DNA of 25,010 nucleotides from a virus. Under the pieces are notes generated by a model, which was not told the DNA's origin, ran no database searches, and worked only from the letters and a program-made list of their open reading frames with translations. The stretch is from UHGV virus genome UHGV-0271208; one strand, given 5' to 3'. Below, in pieces: positions 1 to 8,814 of the stretch. Numbering within the stretch: the stretch's first letter is position 1; each line of letters opens with the position of its first letter. The translations under genes and the position numbers were made by a program.

Positions 1-81
1 AAATACTCCCGCTATCAACTGACGCTAGTATAACGGAAGCAAATCATCTGCAATGCATTAAGCAGCAGGCAAATTGAGGAT

Positions 82-108
82 AAAAAAAACCCCCACATCA
101 TGTGGGGG
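82..108 (-). terminator. Putative rho-independent terminator (GC hairpin, T-run on minus strand)
   Basis: Inverted repeat CCCCCACATCATGTGGGGG at 90-108 preceded on the plus strand by an A-run at 82-89, which reads as hairpin then U-run on the minus strand. Confidence 0.5.
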
Positions 109-199
109 AAGACAGGGATGGTGAAGAAATCCGGCCAGTAACACAATGGAATAAAAGGATTTATTCTAATCTTCGTCTACATTTTGACTACACTTCGAC

Positions 200-225
200 A
201 AAAAAGGCCCCGTGCATTACGGGGC
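200..225 (-). terminator. Putative rho-independent terminator downstream of the 237-884 gene
   Basis: Stem GCCCCG/CGGGGC at 207-225 with a 7-nt loop; the A-run at 200-205 on the plus strand is a T-run after the hairpin on the minus strand, 12 nt past the stop of the minus-strand gene. Confidence 0.6.
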
Positions 226-236
226 TGCACACCGCA

Positions 237-884
237 TTACTTCCATCCACACGCTTTTTGAAGTGGCTTCAATGCCTCTGACAGACCAGCAACATCAAAT
301 GTCGCACTCACGGGACTTTCATTGTAAGGCGTGATCTGAGTAAACATTGAGTTAGCCTGGCTCAGCGCCTTGACGAACTCGATGACATTGCCACGATAAA
401 ATACCGATTTGGTATCGCTAGATATGTCCCATGTTTTCGTTTTTGCCTTCTGTTTATCCAAGCGAGATAACATCTGTGTTTCGTTCAACCCAAGATAGGT
501 ATCCCAATTGAGGAAAAGTTCTGTTTTTTTCTCGCGGCAAGTGATGTAAAGACTTGGTGTGATCGATTCCCCAAACTGCGACCGGAAAGAATCATTAGCA
601 GAAAGGCTAACATAAACATTCTCTGAATCATCCACGGGTGAAGTTTTCGTGGATACCTGCCATTTTCCAACACCTACTACTGGCTTAGCCTCTTCGGCTA
701 CTTTCGGTGGAAGAACCTTATCGTAACAAGCTAAACGCGCATCACTTTTTGCCTCGGATTGGCATTTCATTAATGCGTCATTGTTAATATCGGCTTTAAC
801 TGGTTCTACCGCATACGCTGTTGATACAGCAGAAGAGCAAAGCGCCATAGCAATGATTATCTTTTTCATACCATTACCTTTCAT
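237..884 (-). CDS. Secreted (periplasmic) protein of unknown function, cargo gene
   Basis: 215-aa ORF with an N-terminal signal peptide (MKKIIIAMALCSSAVSTAYA, likely signal-peptidase I cleavage after AYA). Its start overlaps the upstream gene stop as ATGA (translational coupling). No family recognised by eye. Confidence 0.7.
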   Translation of the reverse strand: MKGNGMKKIIIAMALCSSAVSTAYAVEPVKADINNDALMKCQSEAKSDARLACYDKVLPPKVAEEAKPVVGVGKWQVSTKTSPVDDSENVYVSLSANDSFRSQFGESITPSLYITCREKKTELFLNWDTYLGLNETQMLSRLDKQKAKTKTWDISSDTKSVFYRGNVIEFVKALSQANSMFTQITPYNESPVSATFDVAGLSEALKPLQKACGWK

Positions 885-1213
885 GATTTCGGGCGAGTAA
901 AGAAAACAAACATTCCGATAATGATATCGCCAATAACCCAGATGGTTCCCAGCATCATCATCCCCAGCCCCGTACCAATTGCGGCTCCGGCCCGTTCTGC
1001 GTCTGAGGCTGCGTTATTGATAACGTCACTACTGCCGCCAGCCCCGGCAAAAATGCAATAGATCATAAAGATGTTAAACAGGATAAATATCCACTTAACG
1101 ATCTTGCCAAAAAATGAGCGCTTCGGCTTTCTGACCTGATGGCCGCAAGACGGACATTTAAACGCTGAATCACTAATTTCTTTACTGCATTCCGGGCAGT
1201 TTACTAATGCCAT
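881..1213 (-). CDS. Zinc-ribbon membrane protein (CPxC...CPxC followed by two hydrophobic helices)
   Basis: ORF 881-1234; the likely start is the third ATG (1213), which has AGGA 4-5 nt upstream and gives MALVNCPECSKEISDSAFKCPSCGH, a zinc ribbon, followed by two predicted transmembrane segments. Start uncertain (1213, 1228 or 1234). Confidence 0.65.
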   Translation of the reverse strand: MALVNCPECSKEISDSAFKCPSCGHQVRKPKRSFFGKIVKWIFILFNIFMIYCIFAGAGGSSDVINNAASDAERAGAAIGTGLGMMMLGTIWVIGDIIIGMFVFFTRPKS

Positions 1214-1280
1214 TTTCCTAGACTCCATAGACATGGTTACATAACCGCCATAAAGCCTATCAGTTGATTTTGTTTGAATA

Positions 1281-1320
1281 AATAAAAATTAACCCGCCAT
1301 ATAGGCGGGTTATTTTAGAG
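1281..1320 (-). terminator. Putative terminator after ogr (bidirectional-looking hairpin)
   Basis: Stem AACCCGCC/GGCGGGTT at 1291-1311 with loop ATATA, flanked by AATAAAAATT (a T-run on the minus strand) immediately after the ogr stop. Confidence 0.6.
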
Positions 1321-1557
1321 TGCCAGCGATAACTGATCTTCGCCGTGGTGACTTCGTGGAAAAGCTTCTTGTGGCACCATCGCGCCGGGCGCTGGCTGGG
1401 TCTGGTTTAGTGAACCGTCTATTTCCGTCATGCTGGTGAAACAGTACCCGCACAACATATTTTGACACTGGTGATAGCTGCGTCGTACAAGCAAACTCAG
1501 CTCAACGCTGGTTCTGGTTTTTGCTATTGCACGGCAGCGAGGACAGCGCATTGCCAT
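1315..1557 (-). CDS. ogr: Ogr/Delta-family zinc-finger late-gene transcriptional activator
   Basis: 80-aa ORF with CPRC...RTS...YHQCQN.LCGYCF, matching the P2 Ogr / phage 186 B / P4 Delta signature (CPxC, RTS, YHQCQN, C..F). AGGAGG lies 7 nt upstream of the ATG. Confidence 0.85.
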   Translation of the reverse strand: MAMRCPRCRAIAKTRTSVELSLLVRRSYHQCQNMLCGYCFTSMTEIDGSLNQTQPAPGAMVPQEAFPRSHHGEDQLSLAL

Positions 1558-1605
1558 ACGCGGGCCTCCTTTCAGGACTGGTTAATATCAACGCAAGTAT
1601 AACGC

Positions 1606-2724
1606 TTAAGACGTTGAATCGTCACTCTCCGCTGTCCAGTCGTCGATTTTTACTTCCAGTTCCAGCGACGTGGTAAACCCTCCCCCGCCAATATCGTGAA
1701 CGCACCGCGTTATCGTCCAGTTCCCACTGTCGATCGTGGACTTAAAGCCGTAGACGCTGGCGGGCTGTTCCGGGTACAAATCTGCGCGGCCACGCGCCAG
1801 GGTGATGCTGAACGTAGCCGCACCGCGCTGCAACTCCCGCCACTTAGCCGCAGCGGCACGCTTCGCCGCCTTTTCCGTCTTGAAGGTTTTACGTATAACA
1901 AAAACGTTACCTTCGGCCCCGGCCAGATAATCACCCTCTTTTTTGCTGGATGCAGGCTCTTTCTTTTTGGCCTGGCTGGTTCGTCGCCTGCGGGTTGTTT
2001 TCTTCACGGTAGTGGATGGTTTCTTGCCAAAGTTGAGATCAAGCCAGTATGCAGTTACGCCCGTGTACGCGTCGCGGTCAGCTACGTTAAAGCTATGTTT
2101 ATCACCGCTTGACCGGACTATCTCGATCACCGGCAGCGGCTTGCCGCTCTGCGTCACTCCTTTGCCCGGCGTGATAAACAGAAGCATACCGTTTTTAATG
2201 GTTGCCACCGCGCCCAGCATTTCGGCCATGCGCGTTAAGAAGCTGATATCTGATTCACTCGTCTGATCGGCGTGGTCTATCTCAATCTTCGCCAGTTCTT
2301 CGCTGACACCCGCACGCAGATCGTAGCGACTGGCAATGCTGGCGACCACATCCCCCACGGTAATATCGTGCCAGCTATATTCCCTTTTCACGTTGAAGGT
2401 ATCGCGGAAATCTGCGCTTCTGGCACTGATCGTTAGCTGGTCAGGCGGGCCTGAATGACCTATCTCATCAACCGTATACACGCCCTTAAAAACCAATGGA
2501 TCATTATCCCAGCCCAGCGCCACCGATATCTTTGCGCCGCGTGGTGGTAATGCTACCTGCCCGTCTGCATCATCCAGAGTCAGATCCAGCGTGTCCGCTT
2601 CAAATCCCCGGTTATCTGTCAGGGAAAGAGAGATCAACCGGTTATCCAGCGCCGTAAGCTGATTACCTTCAATTTCAATACTGAACGCCGGGCGCGGCGA
2701 ATATCGGTTTTCTGTCGTGTCCAT
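1606..2724 (-). CDS. D: P2 gpD-like tail protein (phage late control D family, baseplate hub)
   Basis: 372-aa ORF with the gpD-family pattern (RLISLSLTDNRGFEADTLDLTLDD, ISARSADFR, an internal Lys/Arg-rich linker, C-terminal FTTSLELEV). Directly upstream of ogr on the same strand, as in P2. Confidence 0.85.
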   Translation of the reverse strand: MDTTENRYSPRPAFSIEIEGNQLTALDNRLISLSLTDNRGFEADTLDLTLDDADGQVALPPRGAKISVALGWDNDPLVFKGVYTVDEIGHSGPPDQLTISARSADFRDTFNVKREYSWHDITVGDVVASIASRYDLRAGVSEELAKIEIDHADQTSESDISFLTRMAEMLGAVATIKNGMLLFITPGKGVTQSGKPLPVIEIVRSSGDKHSFNVADRDAYTGVTAYWLDLNFGKKPSTTVKKTTRRRRTSQAKKKEPASSKKEGDYLAGAEGNVFVIRKTFKTEKAAKRAAAAKWRELQRGAATFSITLARGRADLYPEQPASVYGFKSTIDSGNWTITRCVHDIGGGGFTTSLELEVKIDDWTAESDDSTS

Positions 2725-2791
2725 ATCAACCCCTTCATCATGATGGGGTACATCGTCGCCACGCGCGCGCGCATGAACAACGCCCCGTCAT

Positions 2792-2809
2792 TGTTGCAGG
2801 TTGCTGACA
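2792..2809. promoter_or_regulatory. Ogr-type late-promoter dyad (TGT-N12-ACA) between divergent D and FI
   Basis: TGT at 2792-2794, a 12-nt spacer, ACA at 2807-2809. The centre is about 81 nt upstream of the FI ATG and about 76 nt upstream of the D ATG. A weak -10 candidate (TGATATT, 2846-2852) lies on the FI side. P2 late promoters carry TGT-N12-ACA centred near -55. Confidence 0.5.
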
Positions 2810-2881
2810 ACCCTTATTCATCGCATCAGCCTGCCATTGCCGCAATGATATTCGCAGTCATTAAACTGGCGAGGCAAATAC

Positions 2882-4075
2882 ATGGCCACTAACTACCATC
2901 ACGGTGTAACCGTCACGGAAACCACCGACCTTAGCACGATGATCACCGACATTGATTCGGCGGTGATCGGCGTTGTCTGCACCGCTGATGATGCGGACGA
3001 AACAGCGTTCCCGCTGGATACCCCTGTACTGATCACCCGCGTGGCTAACATGCTGGGCAAGGCAGGTAAAACCGGCACCCTGTTTACCACCTTGAAAGCG
3101 ATTTCAGACCAGACCAGCCCGCAAACCATTGTGATCCGCGTTGCTGATGCTGCAAATATCGAACCGCCAGAAGGCGGCACCGCACAGACACAGGATCAAC
3201 TGGTTATTGGCGGCACCGATGCAAACGGACGCTTTACCGGCATGTACGCGCTGCTGTCTGCCGAAATGCGCGTAGGCGTGCGCCCGCGTGTGCTGGCTGT
3301 TCCCGGTCTTGATACGGAAGCGGTGGCCGCACAACTCGGCGTCATTGCCGAAAAGCTGCGCGCGTTTGCTTACGTGGCAGCGAACGGCTGCAACAGCATC
3401 GCCGAAGTGAAGGAATACCGCGAACAGTTCTCCCAGCGTGAAATGATGGTTATCTGGCCTAATTTCATCTGCTACGACACCAACGCCGGAGCGAATGCCA
3501 CCGTGCCCGTGGGTGCCCATGCGGTTGGGATGCGCGCCAAAATCGACGCAACGCAGGGCTGGCATAAAACCATTTCCAACGTGCCCGTTAATAACGTGCT
3601 GGGGATGGATCGGGATATCTATTTCACGTTGCAGGGCACCGATACCGACGCCGACGAACTGAACGCAGCAGGCGTTACCACGCTGATCAAGCAGGACGGC
3701 TACCGCATCTGGGGATCGCGTACCTGCGACGCGGAAACGTATATCTTCGAAAGCTATACCCGAACCGCGCAGATCGTTGCGGATACCGTCGCCGAAGCAC
3801 ATTTCGCCTATGTTGATAAACCGCTTACCCCGTCGCTGGTAAAGGACATTGTGGACGGCATCAATAAGAAGCTGACCTCATATGTGACGGCTGGCAAGCT
3901 GCTGGGCGCCCGCTGCTGGTATGACCCGGAACCGAATACCTCGGAAACCCTGCGCAATGGTCAACTGACCATTAAGTACAACTACACCCCTGTTCCACCG
4001 CTGGAAAATCTCAGCCTGGTACAGGAGTTCACCGACGAATATTTCGCTACGTTTTCCAGCGCAGTGAATAACTAA
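2882..4075 (+). CDS. FI: Contractile tail sheath protein (P2 FI-like)
   Basis: 397-aa ORF; the N-terminus (YHHGV.V) and overall pattern resemble the P2 FI sheath family. GAGG SD 7 nt upstream. Followed by tube, E/E', T and U in P2 order. Confidence 0.9.
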   Translation: MATNYHHGVTVTETTDLSTMITDIDSAVIGVVCTADDADETAFPLDTPVLITRVANMLGKAGKTGTLFTTLKAISDQTSPQTIVIRVADAANIEPPEGGTAQTQDQLVIGGTDANGRFTGMYALLSAEMRVGVRPRVLAVPGLDTEAVAAQLGVIAEKLRAFAYVAANGCNSIAEVKEYREQFSQREMMVIWPNFICYDTNAGANATVPVGAHAVGMRAKIDATQGWHKTISNVPVNNVLGMDRDIYFTLQGTDTDADELNAAGVTTLIKQDGYRIWGSRTCDAETYIFESYTRTAQIVADTVAEAHFAYVDKPLTPSLVKDIVDGINKKLTSYVTAGKLLGARCWYDPEPNTSETLRNGQLTIKYNYTPVPPLENLSLVQEFTDEYFATFSSAVNN

Positions 4076-4087
4076 CCGGGGGCGCTT

Positions 4088-4603
4088 ATGGCACTGCCTA
4101 AGAAACTCAAATATTTCAATATGTTCTTTGACGGGGATAACTACTTCGGCATGGTGCCGGAAATCACCCCCGCCAAACTCACCAAAAAAACCGAAGACTA
4201 CCAGGCGGGCGGTATGCCGGGTTCGGTTGCGGTGGATCTGGGCTTCGACGCTGGCGCCCTGGATATGGATATCACGCTGGGCGGCATGGATGCAGGGCTA
4301 ATGAAAAAATGGGGCGTTACCACTGCGGACGGAATGCAGGTGCGCTTTGCTGGCTCTTACCAGGACGATGCGACCGGCGACGCCGTACCGTGCGAAATCC
4401 AGACGCGTGGCCGCTTCACTGAACTGGATCCCGGTTCGGCAAAGGTTGGGGATGATACTTCGCATAAGTACACCCTGAAAAACACCTATTACAAGCTGAC
4501 CATCAATAGCGAAGAAATTATCGAAATTGATGTGCTCAACATGATCTACAAAGTTGCCGGTGTGGATGTGCTGGAAAAACACCGCGCTAACATCGGCTTA
4601 TAA
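4088..4603 (+). CDS. FII: Tail tube protein (P2 FII-like)
   Basis: 171-aa ORF 12 nt after FI; size and position match P2 FII. Confidence 0.85.
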   Translation: MALPKKLKYFNMFFDGDNYFGMVPEITPAKLTKKTEDYQAGGMPGSVAVDLGFDAGALDMDITLGGMDAGLMKKWGVTTADGMQVRFAGSYQDDATGDAVPCEIQTRGRFTELDPGSAKVGDDTSHKYTLKNTYYKLTINSEEIIEIDVLNMIYKVAGVDVLEKHRANIGL

Positions 4604-4617
4604 GGAAACCCGGCACC

Positions 4618-4953
4618 ATGAGCAAGACCAAAGAAAACACCGTTATTCTTACCGCCCCTATTACGCGCGGTAAGACCAAAATCACCGAAGTGGCGATCAC
4701 TTCCGTGCTTAGACAGGCTGGATCACTGCGCGGCTTAAAAGCCTATGACGTGCTGACGTCCAACTATGACGCGCTGGTTATTCTGCTGCCCCGCGTTACC
4801 GCTCCGGCATTAACCGCCGATGAGATTGCCCGAATGGATACCTGGGATTTTTGCCAGTTAGCCAACGCGGTGGTTGATTTTTTGCAACCCTCTTCGGATC
4901 TGACCGCGACGGATACGGGCAACGAATCATCCGATGCCCCTGCGAACGCATAG
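4618..4953 (+). CDS. E: Tail assembly chaperone (P2 gpE-like), zero-frame product
   Basis: 111-aa ORF with AAGGAA SD; lies between the tube and tape-measure genes and contains a TTTTTTG slippery heptamer in frame. Confidence 0.8.
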   Translation: MSKTKENTVILTAPITRGKTKITEVAITSVLRQAGSLRGLKAYDVLTSNYDALVILLPRVTAPALTADEIARMDTWDFCQLANAVVDFLQPSSDLTATDTGNESSDAPANA

Positions 4954-5078
4954 AAGACCTGATGGCAGATATCGCCGTCATATTCCACTGGCGGCCGGTA
5001 GAGATGGACGCCATGACGGTACAGGAAATACTGTTATGGCGTGATCAGGCGGCTGCGCGCAGTGGTGGAGATCACTAA
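4618..5078 (+). CDS. E': E+E' fusion chaperone made by programmed -1 frameshift at T6G (4878-4884)
   Basis: The heptamer T_TTT_TTG sits in the zero frame at 4878-4884. The -1 frame stays open for 64 codons (ATLFGSDRDGYGQRIIRCPCERIEDLMADIAVIFHWRPVEMDAMTVQEILLWRDQAAARSGGDH) and ends at TAA 5076-5078, overlapping the T start as TAAATG. Same arrangement as the P2 E/E' frameshift. Confidence 0.6.
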
Positions 5079-8000
5079 ATGGCAGACCGCAATTTAAATA
5101 TCAGGGTGGCATTCAGCGCCCTGAATAATATGTCCCGCCCTGTCAACGCGGCGCGCCAGAGTGCCGCCGCGTTGGCGTCTCAAATCAATCAGACCAAAAC
5201 CAGCATTAAAGGGCTTGAGCGTCAGGCAACCAGCTTTGACCGCCTCACCGCAGCCAATAAAAAAACCACCGAACAACTGGCCCAGGCGAAAGAACAGGCC
5301 CGGCAAATGGCGGCGGCTTATGGCCCGTTACGCCAGCGCAGCGCCGAACAGGTTGCCGCCCTCAATCAGCAACGTGCAGCCATTCGCCAGTTAACCCAGC
5401 AGCAGAAAGGCGAGCAGACGCAGCTTAACCAGTTGCGCGCCAGCTTCTACAGCGAAGGCATTGCGATCAGCAGCGCCAGCCGGGCGACGGAACAGATCAA
5501 CCAGCGCACCGCGCAATACAACCGCCAGCTTGCCGAACAGCAGCGACGGCTTGACGCTGTTAACCAGGCGCAGGCCCGTTACAGCCGCGCCAAAGAAACC
5601 GGCGAAAAGATGATGAGCGGGGGGATGAAAACCGCCGCAGTAGGGGCGGCAACCCTCGCACCTGTCGCCGCTGCGGTTAAATCATACAGCAGCCTTGAAG
5701 ACGCCATGAAAGGCGTAGCCAAACAGGTAAACGGCTTGCGTGACGACAGCGGCAACCGCACCCCGCAGTATGAAGAAATGCAGCGGGCGATCATGGATGC
5801 CAGCGAAAAGCTACCAATGGCTAACGGCGCTGTTGACTATGCCGCCCTGGTCGAAGGTGGCGCGCGCATGGGCGTGGCAAACAGCGATGATCCGTGGGAA
5901 AAACAAAAAGCCGATCTGCTGGCTTTCGCCAGCATGGCGGCAAAAGCTTCGGTAGCCTTTGAACTGCCCGCCGATCAGCTTTCTGAAAGCCTCGGTAAGA
6001 TTGCCGGGCTGTATAAAATCCCTACCCAGAATATTGAACAGTTAGGCGACGCCATAAACTACCTGGACGATAACGCGAAGTCGAAAGGCTCCGATATTAT
6101 CGACGTGCTCCAGCGCGTTGGCGGACTTGCCAGCCAACTGGATTACAAGCAAGCCGCCGCGCTGGGTTCCACCTTCCTGACGCTTGGATCACCTGCCGAA
6201 GTTGCCGCCAGCGCAACCAATGCAATGGTGCGCGAACTATCGATCGCCACAGTACAAAGCGATAAATTTTTGGGTGCGCTGGATGAAATCGGCGTCAATG
6301 CTGAAAAAGTCCAGAAAAGCATGTCAGTGGACGCGATGGGCACGATCATTTCAGTGCTGGAAGCGTCCAAAAAACTTGCACCAGATAAGCAGGTAGCCAA
6401 CCTTACTCAGATTTTCGGTAAAGAGTTCGGCGATGATGCGCAGAAACTTGCGAACAACCTGCCCGAACTACGCCGCCAGATAGAACTGACGCAGGGCGCA
6501 GCCGCTAAAGGTTCCATGAATCGGGAATCTGATATCAATAAAGCGTCCCTTTCAGCTCAGTGGCAACTGACCAAAACCGGCGCGGTTAACGCATTGAGTT
6601 CAGCAGGGGAAACGCTCCGCGAACCGCTGATGGATATCATGCTTACCGTCAGTAAGGTGGTTGGCAGCGTCCGCCGCTGGGTTGAGGCAAACCCGGCTCT
6701 GGTTGGCTCAATCATGAAAGTCACCGCAGCCATAGGCGCGTTGCTGGTTGTCGTGGGTGGCCTGATGCTGACCATCGGCGCAGTGCTCGGCCCGATGGCA
6801 CTTGTTCGCCTCAGCTTCACCACGCTGGCTGGCTCCGGTGGGGTAACTCCCCTCATAGGCTCGCTGGGAAAATTATCCAGCACATTACGCGGGCTGATCC
6901 CCTCACTATCTGGCGTGGGCCGAAGTATTAAAGACTGGCCTGCCCTCTTCCGATCTGCTGCGTCTGGCATTACCCAATTTAGTAAACAAGCTATTGGCGG
7001 GTTAAACACAGCGTTAATGGCACTTTCACGCGGTGCTGTTGCTGCCGGACAGGGGCTATTTACCCTATTCACAAGGCCTATGACGGCTATAACCTGGCTT
7101 GGTAATGGCCTCAGAACTCTGGCGACCTCCGGTTTCGGCGCTTTGCTGAACGTTGGACGCACCGTAATGATGGCGTTGGGTGGCGGGTTATCATTACTTC
7201 TTAGCCCTATTGGAATACTGGTAATCGCTTTATCAGCAGCAGCGATCGCCGTTATTAAATTCTGGGAACCTATAAAAGCCTTTTTCACTGGCTTTTACAC
7301 CGGGTTAATGAGTGGCTTACAGCCTTTAACCTCAGCATTTAGTACAGCCTTTGCACCACTAGCCCCACTCTTTGACTCTATCGGTAATGCTGTCGGTGGC
7401 GTCTGGGAGTGGTTCACAAAACTATTCGAACCTATCCAGTTCTCCAGCGAAGCGCTAGCCTCCTGCACCAGTGCCGGGGAAACGTTCGGTAAGGTTGTAG
7501 GTAACGCTCTATCTGCATTAACACCAATAATCGAAGGAATAGCGCGCGGTATAGGATGGGTACTGGAAAAACTCGGCGCCATCCCCGACGCAACAAAAGC
7601 AGCGCAGCAAGCTGCGGAAAGTATGCACAAAGACCCTGTTGTCTGGGAGTGGGATCCGCAGCAAAAGAAAATGGTTAAAAAGGGTTGGAACTGGTCGCCG
7701 AAAGACGATCAGCAGAAGAAAACCAACCAGAAGCAACAGCAGGCCATTGACCAGCAGAAAAAGCAGGAAAGCTTAATTAACTCGCTCAAGGGCCCGGCCA
7801 ACATCGTGCCGAAGATGAGCAGCAGCCTGGATAAGATCGCCACCAATACCACGGAGAAGAAAGACGGCCCCGGCGAAATTGTCTTCAAGAATAAGCAGCC
7901 CTATATCCCGATCCGTGGCGGATATTCGGAACCGCTTAAGCAGGCACAGCGCCAGCTACCATCCCTTACCGATTGGGTGACGCAGCAGGCCGGATCGCTG

Positions 8001-8249
8001 ATCGCTTCCGTTACCCCCTGGCAGGTTGAGAAGCCCGCCGCACGGATGCCTGTTTCGGCGTCTCCGTCTGCGGCTTCCGTCGCTGCGCTGATGCCTGCTC
8101 CGGGTGGCGATGTATATAACCTTAACTTCGACTTTAGCGGCCAGAAACTGGATGAAGAAACCATTATCAGGCGCGTGCGCGAAGAACTTGCGTTAGCGAA
8201 GCAACAGGCCGACCGGCGCAAGCGCTCCCAACTGACCGATCACGTCTAA
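5079..8249 (+). CDS. T: Tail tape measure protein (P2 gpT-like), 1056 aa
   Basis: Long ORF right after E/E' with an Ala/Gln-rich coiled-coil N-terminal third, central Gly/Ala-rich hydrophobic segments and a Lys/Gln-rich C-terminal region; position and composition typical of tape measure proteins. Confidence 0.9.
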   Translation: MADRNLNIRVAFSALNNMSRPVNAARQSAAALASQINQTKTSIKGLERQATSFDRLTAANKKTTEQLAQAKEQARQMAAAYGPLRQRSAEQVAALNQQRAAIRQLTQQQKGEQTQLNQLRASFYSEGIAISSASRATEQINQRTAQYNRQLAEQQRRLDAVNQAQARYSRAKETGEKMMSGGMKTAAVGAATLAPVAAAVKSYSSLEDAMKGVAKQVNGLRDDSGNRTPQYEEMQRAIMDASEKLPMANGAVDYAALVEGGARMGVANSDDPWEKQKADLLAFASMAAKASVAFELPADQLSESLGKIAGLYKIPTQNIEQLGDAINYLDDNAKSKGSDIIDVLQRVGGLASQLDYKQAAALGSTFLTLGSPAEVAASATNAMVRELSIATVQSDKFLGALDEIGVNAEKVQKSMSVDAMGTIISVLEASKKLAPDKQVANLTQIFGKEFGDDAQKLANNLPELRRQIELTQGAAAKGSMNRESDINKASLSAQWQLTKTGAVNALSSAGETLREPLMDIMLTVSKVVGSVRRWVEANPALVGSIMKVTAAIGALLVVVGGLMLTIGAVLGPMALVRLSFTTLAGSGGVTPLIGSLGKLSSTLRGLIPSLSGVGRSIKDWPALFRSAASGITQFSKQAIGGLNTALMALSRGAVAAGQGLFTLFTRPMTAITWLGNGLRTLATSGFGALLNVGRTVMMALGGGLSLLLSPIGILVIALSAAAIAVIKFWEPIKAFFTGFYTGLMSGLQPLTSAFSTAFAPLAPLFDSIGNAVGGVWEWFTKLFEPIQFSSEALASCTSAGETFGKVVGNALSALTPIIEGIARGIGWVLEKLGAIPDATKAAQQAAESMHKDPVVWEWDPQQKKMVKKGWNWSPKDDQQKKTNQKQQQAIDQQKKQESLINSLKGPANIVPKMSSSLDKIATNTTEKKDGPGEIVFKNKQPYIPIRGGYSEPLKQAQRQLPSLTDWVTQQAGSLIASVTPWQVEKPAARMPVSASPSAASVAALMPAPGGDVYNLNFDFSGQKLDEETIIRRVREELALAKQQADRRKRSQLTDHV

Positions 8250-8258
8250 GGCAATATC

Positions 8259-8708
8259 ATGATGATGATTCTGGGGATGTTCCCCTTTTCACTGCAAACC
8301 ACACCTTACCAGAGTGCGAATAAAACCAACTCCTGGCGGCACGTCAAAAACGATCGCGTGGGGAAATCCCCGCGCTATCAGTTCATCGGCGCAGATGAAG
8401 AACCGTTCGTACTCAGCGGCACGCTGTACCCCGAAATAAGCGGCGGTGATGTGTCGCTTGTCATGCTGGAAACTATGGCTTTTTCCGGGCGCCCGTGGCC
8501 CCTGATAGAAGGCACGGGCAGGATCTACGGCATGTATGTAATTGAGCAGATCACGCAAAACCGGACGGAGTTTTTTAAGGACGGGAAGGCAAAGAAAATT
8601 GATTTCACGCTCAACCTGAAACGGGTAAGCGAGGACATACGGGAAAAGCTGGCTGAAACCACCACCGACGATCTCTTCTCTCTGGTGAAAACCAACCTTT
8701 CGATATAA
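8259..8708 (+). CDS. U: Tail protein (P2 gpU-like)
   Basis: 149-aa ORF 10 nt after T; size and position match P2 gpU. Confidence 0.8.
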   Translation: MMMILGMFPFSLQTTPYQSANKTNSWRHVKNDRVGKSPRYQFIGADEEPFVLSGTLYPEISGGDVSLVMLETMAFSGRPWPLIEGTGRIYGMYVIEQITQNRTEFFKDGKAKKIDFTLNLKRVSEDIREKLAETTTDDLFSLVKTNLSI

Positions 8709-8710
8709 GA

Positions 8711-8738
8711 AAAGCGGGCCATTGCCCGCTTCGTCTTC
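8711..8738 (+). terminator. Possible terminator after U
   Basis: Stem AAGCGGGC/GCCCGCTT at 8712-8731 with loop CATT, followed by CGTCTTCC (a weak U-tract). Confidence 0.4.
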
Positions 8739-8814
8739 CGTAATACACCACCATAACTGACCGTGCTACAGCACCGTTAAAAGTGACCGTACTCGATACA
8801 CACGGCCAGCACGG

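Noticed and set aside
1-236. Looked for a tRNA gene or attachment-site repeat at the window edge beside the ogr end
   Set aside because: No tRNA-like structure or obvious att direct repeat was recognisable by eye; only two hairpin terminators are present.
1696-2266. Plus-strand ORFs (138 and 107 aa) overlapping D
   Set aside because: Antisense to the gpD-like CDS, with no start context and no recognisable features.
3104-3802. 232-aa minus-strand ORF inside the FI sheath gene
   Set aside because: Fully antisense to a well-supported CDS; its Arg/Gly/His-rich composition is typical of shadow ORFs in GC-rich coding DNA.
6557-7288. 243-aa minus-strand ORF inside the tape measure gene T
   Set aside because: Antisense shadow ORF; the plus-strand frame is continuous across it with tape-measure-like composition.
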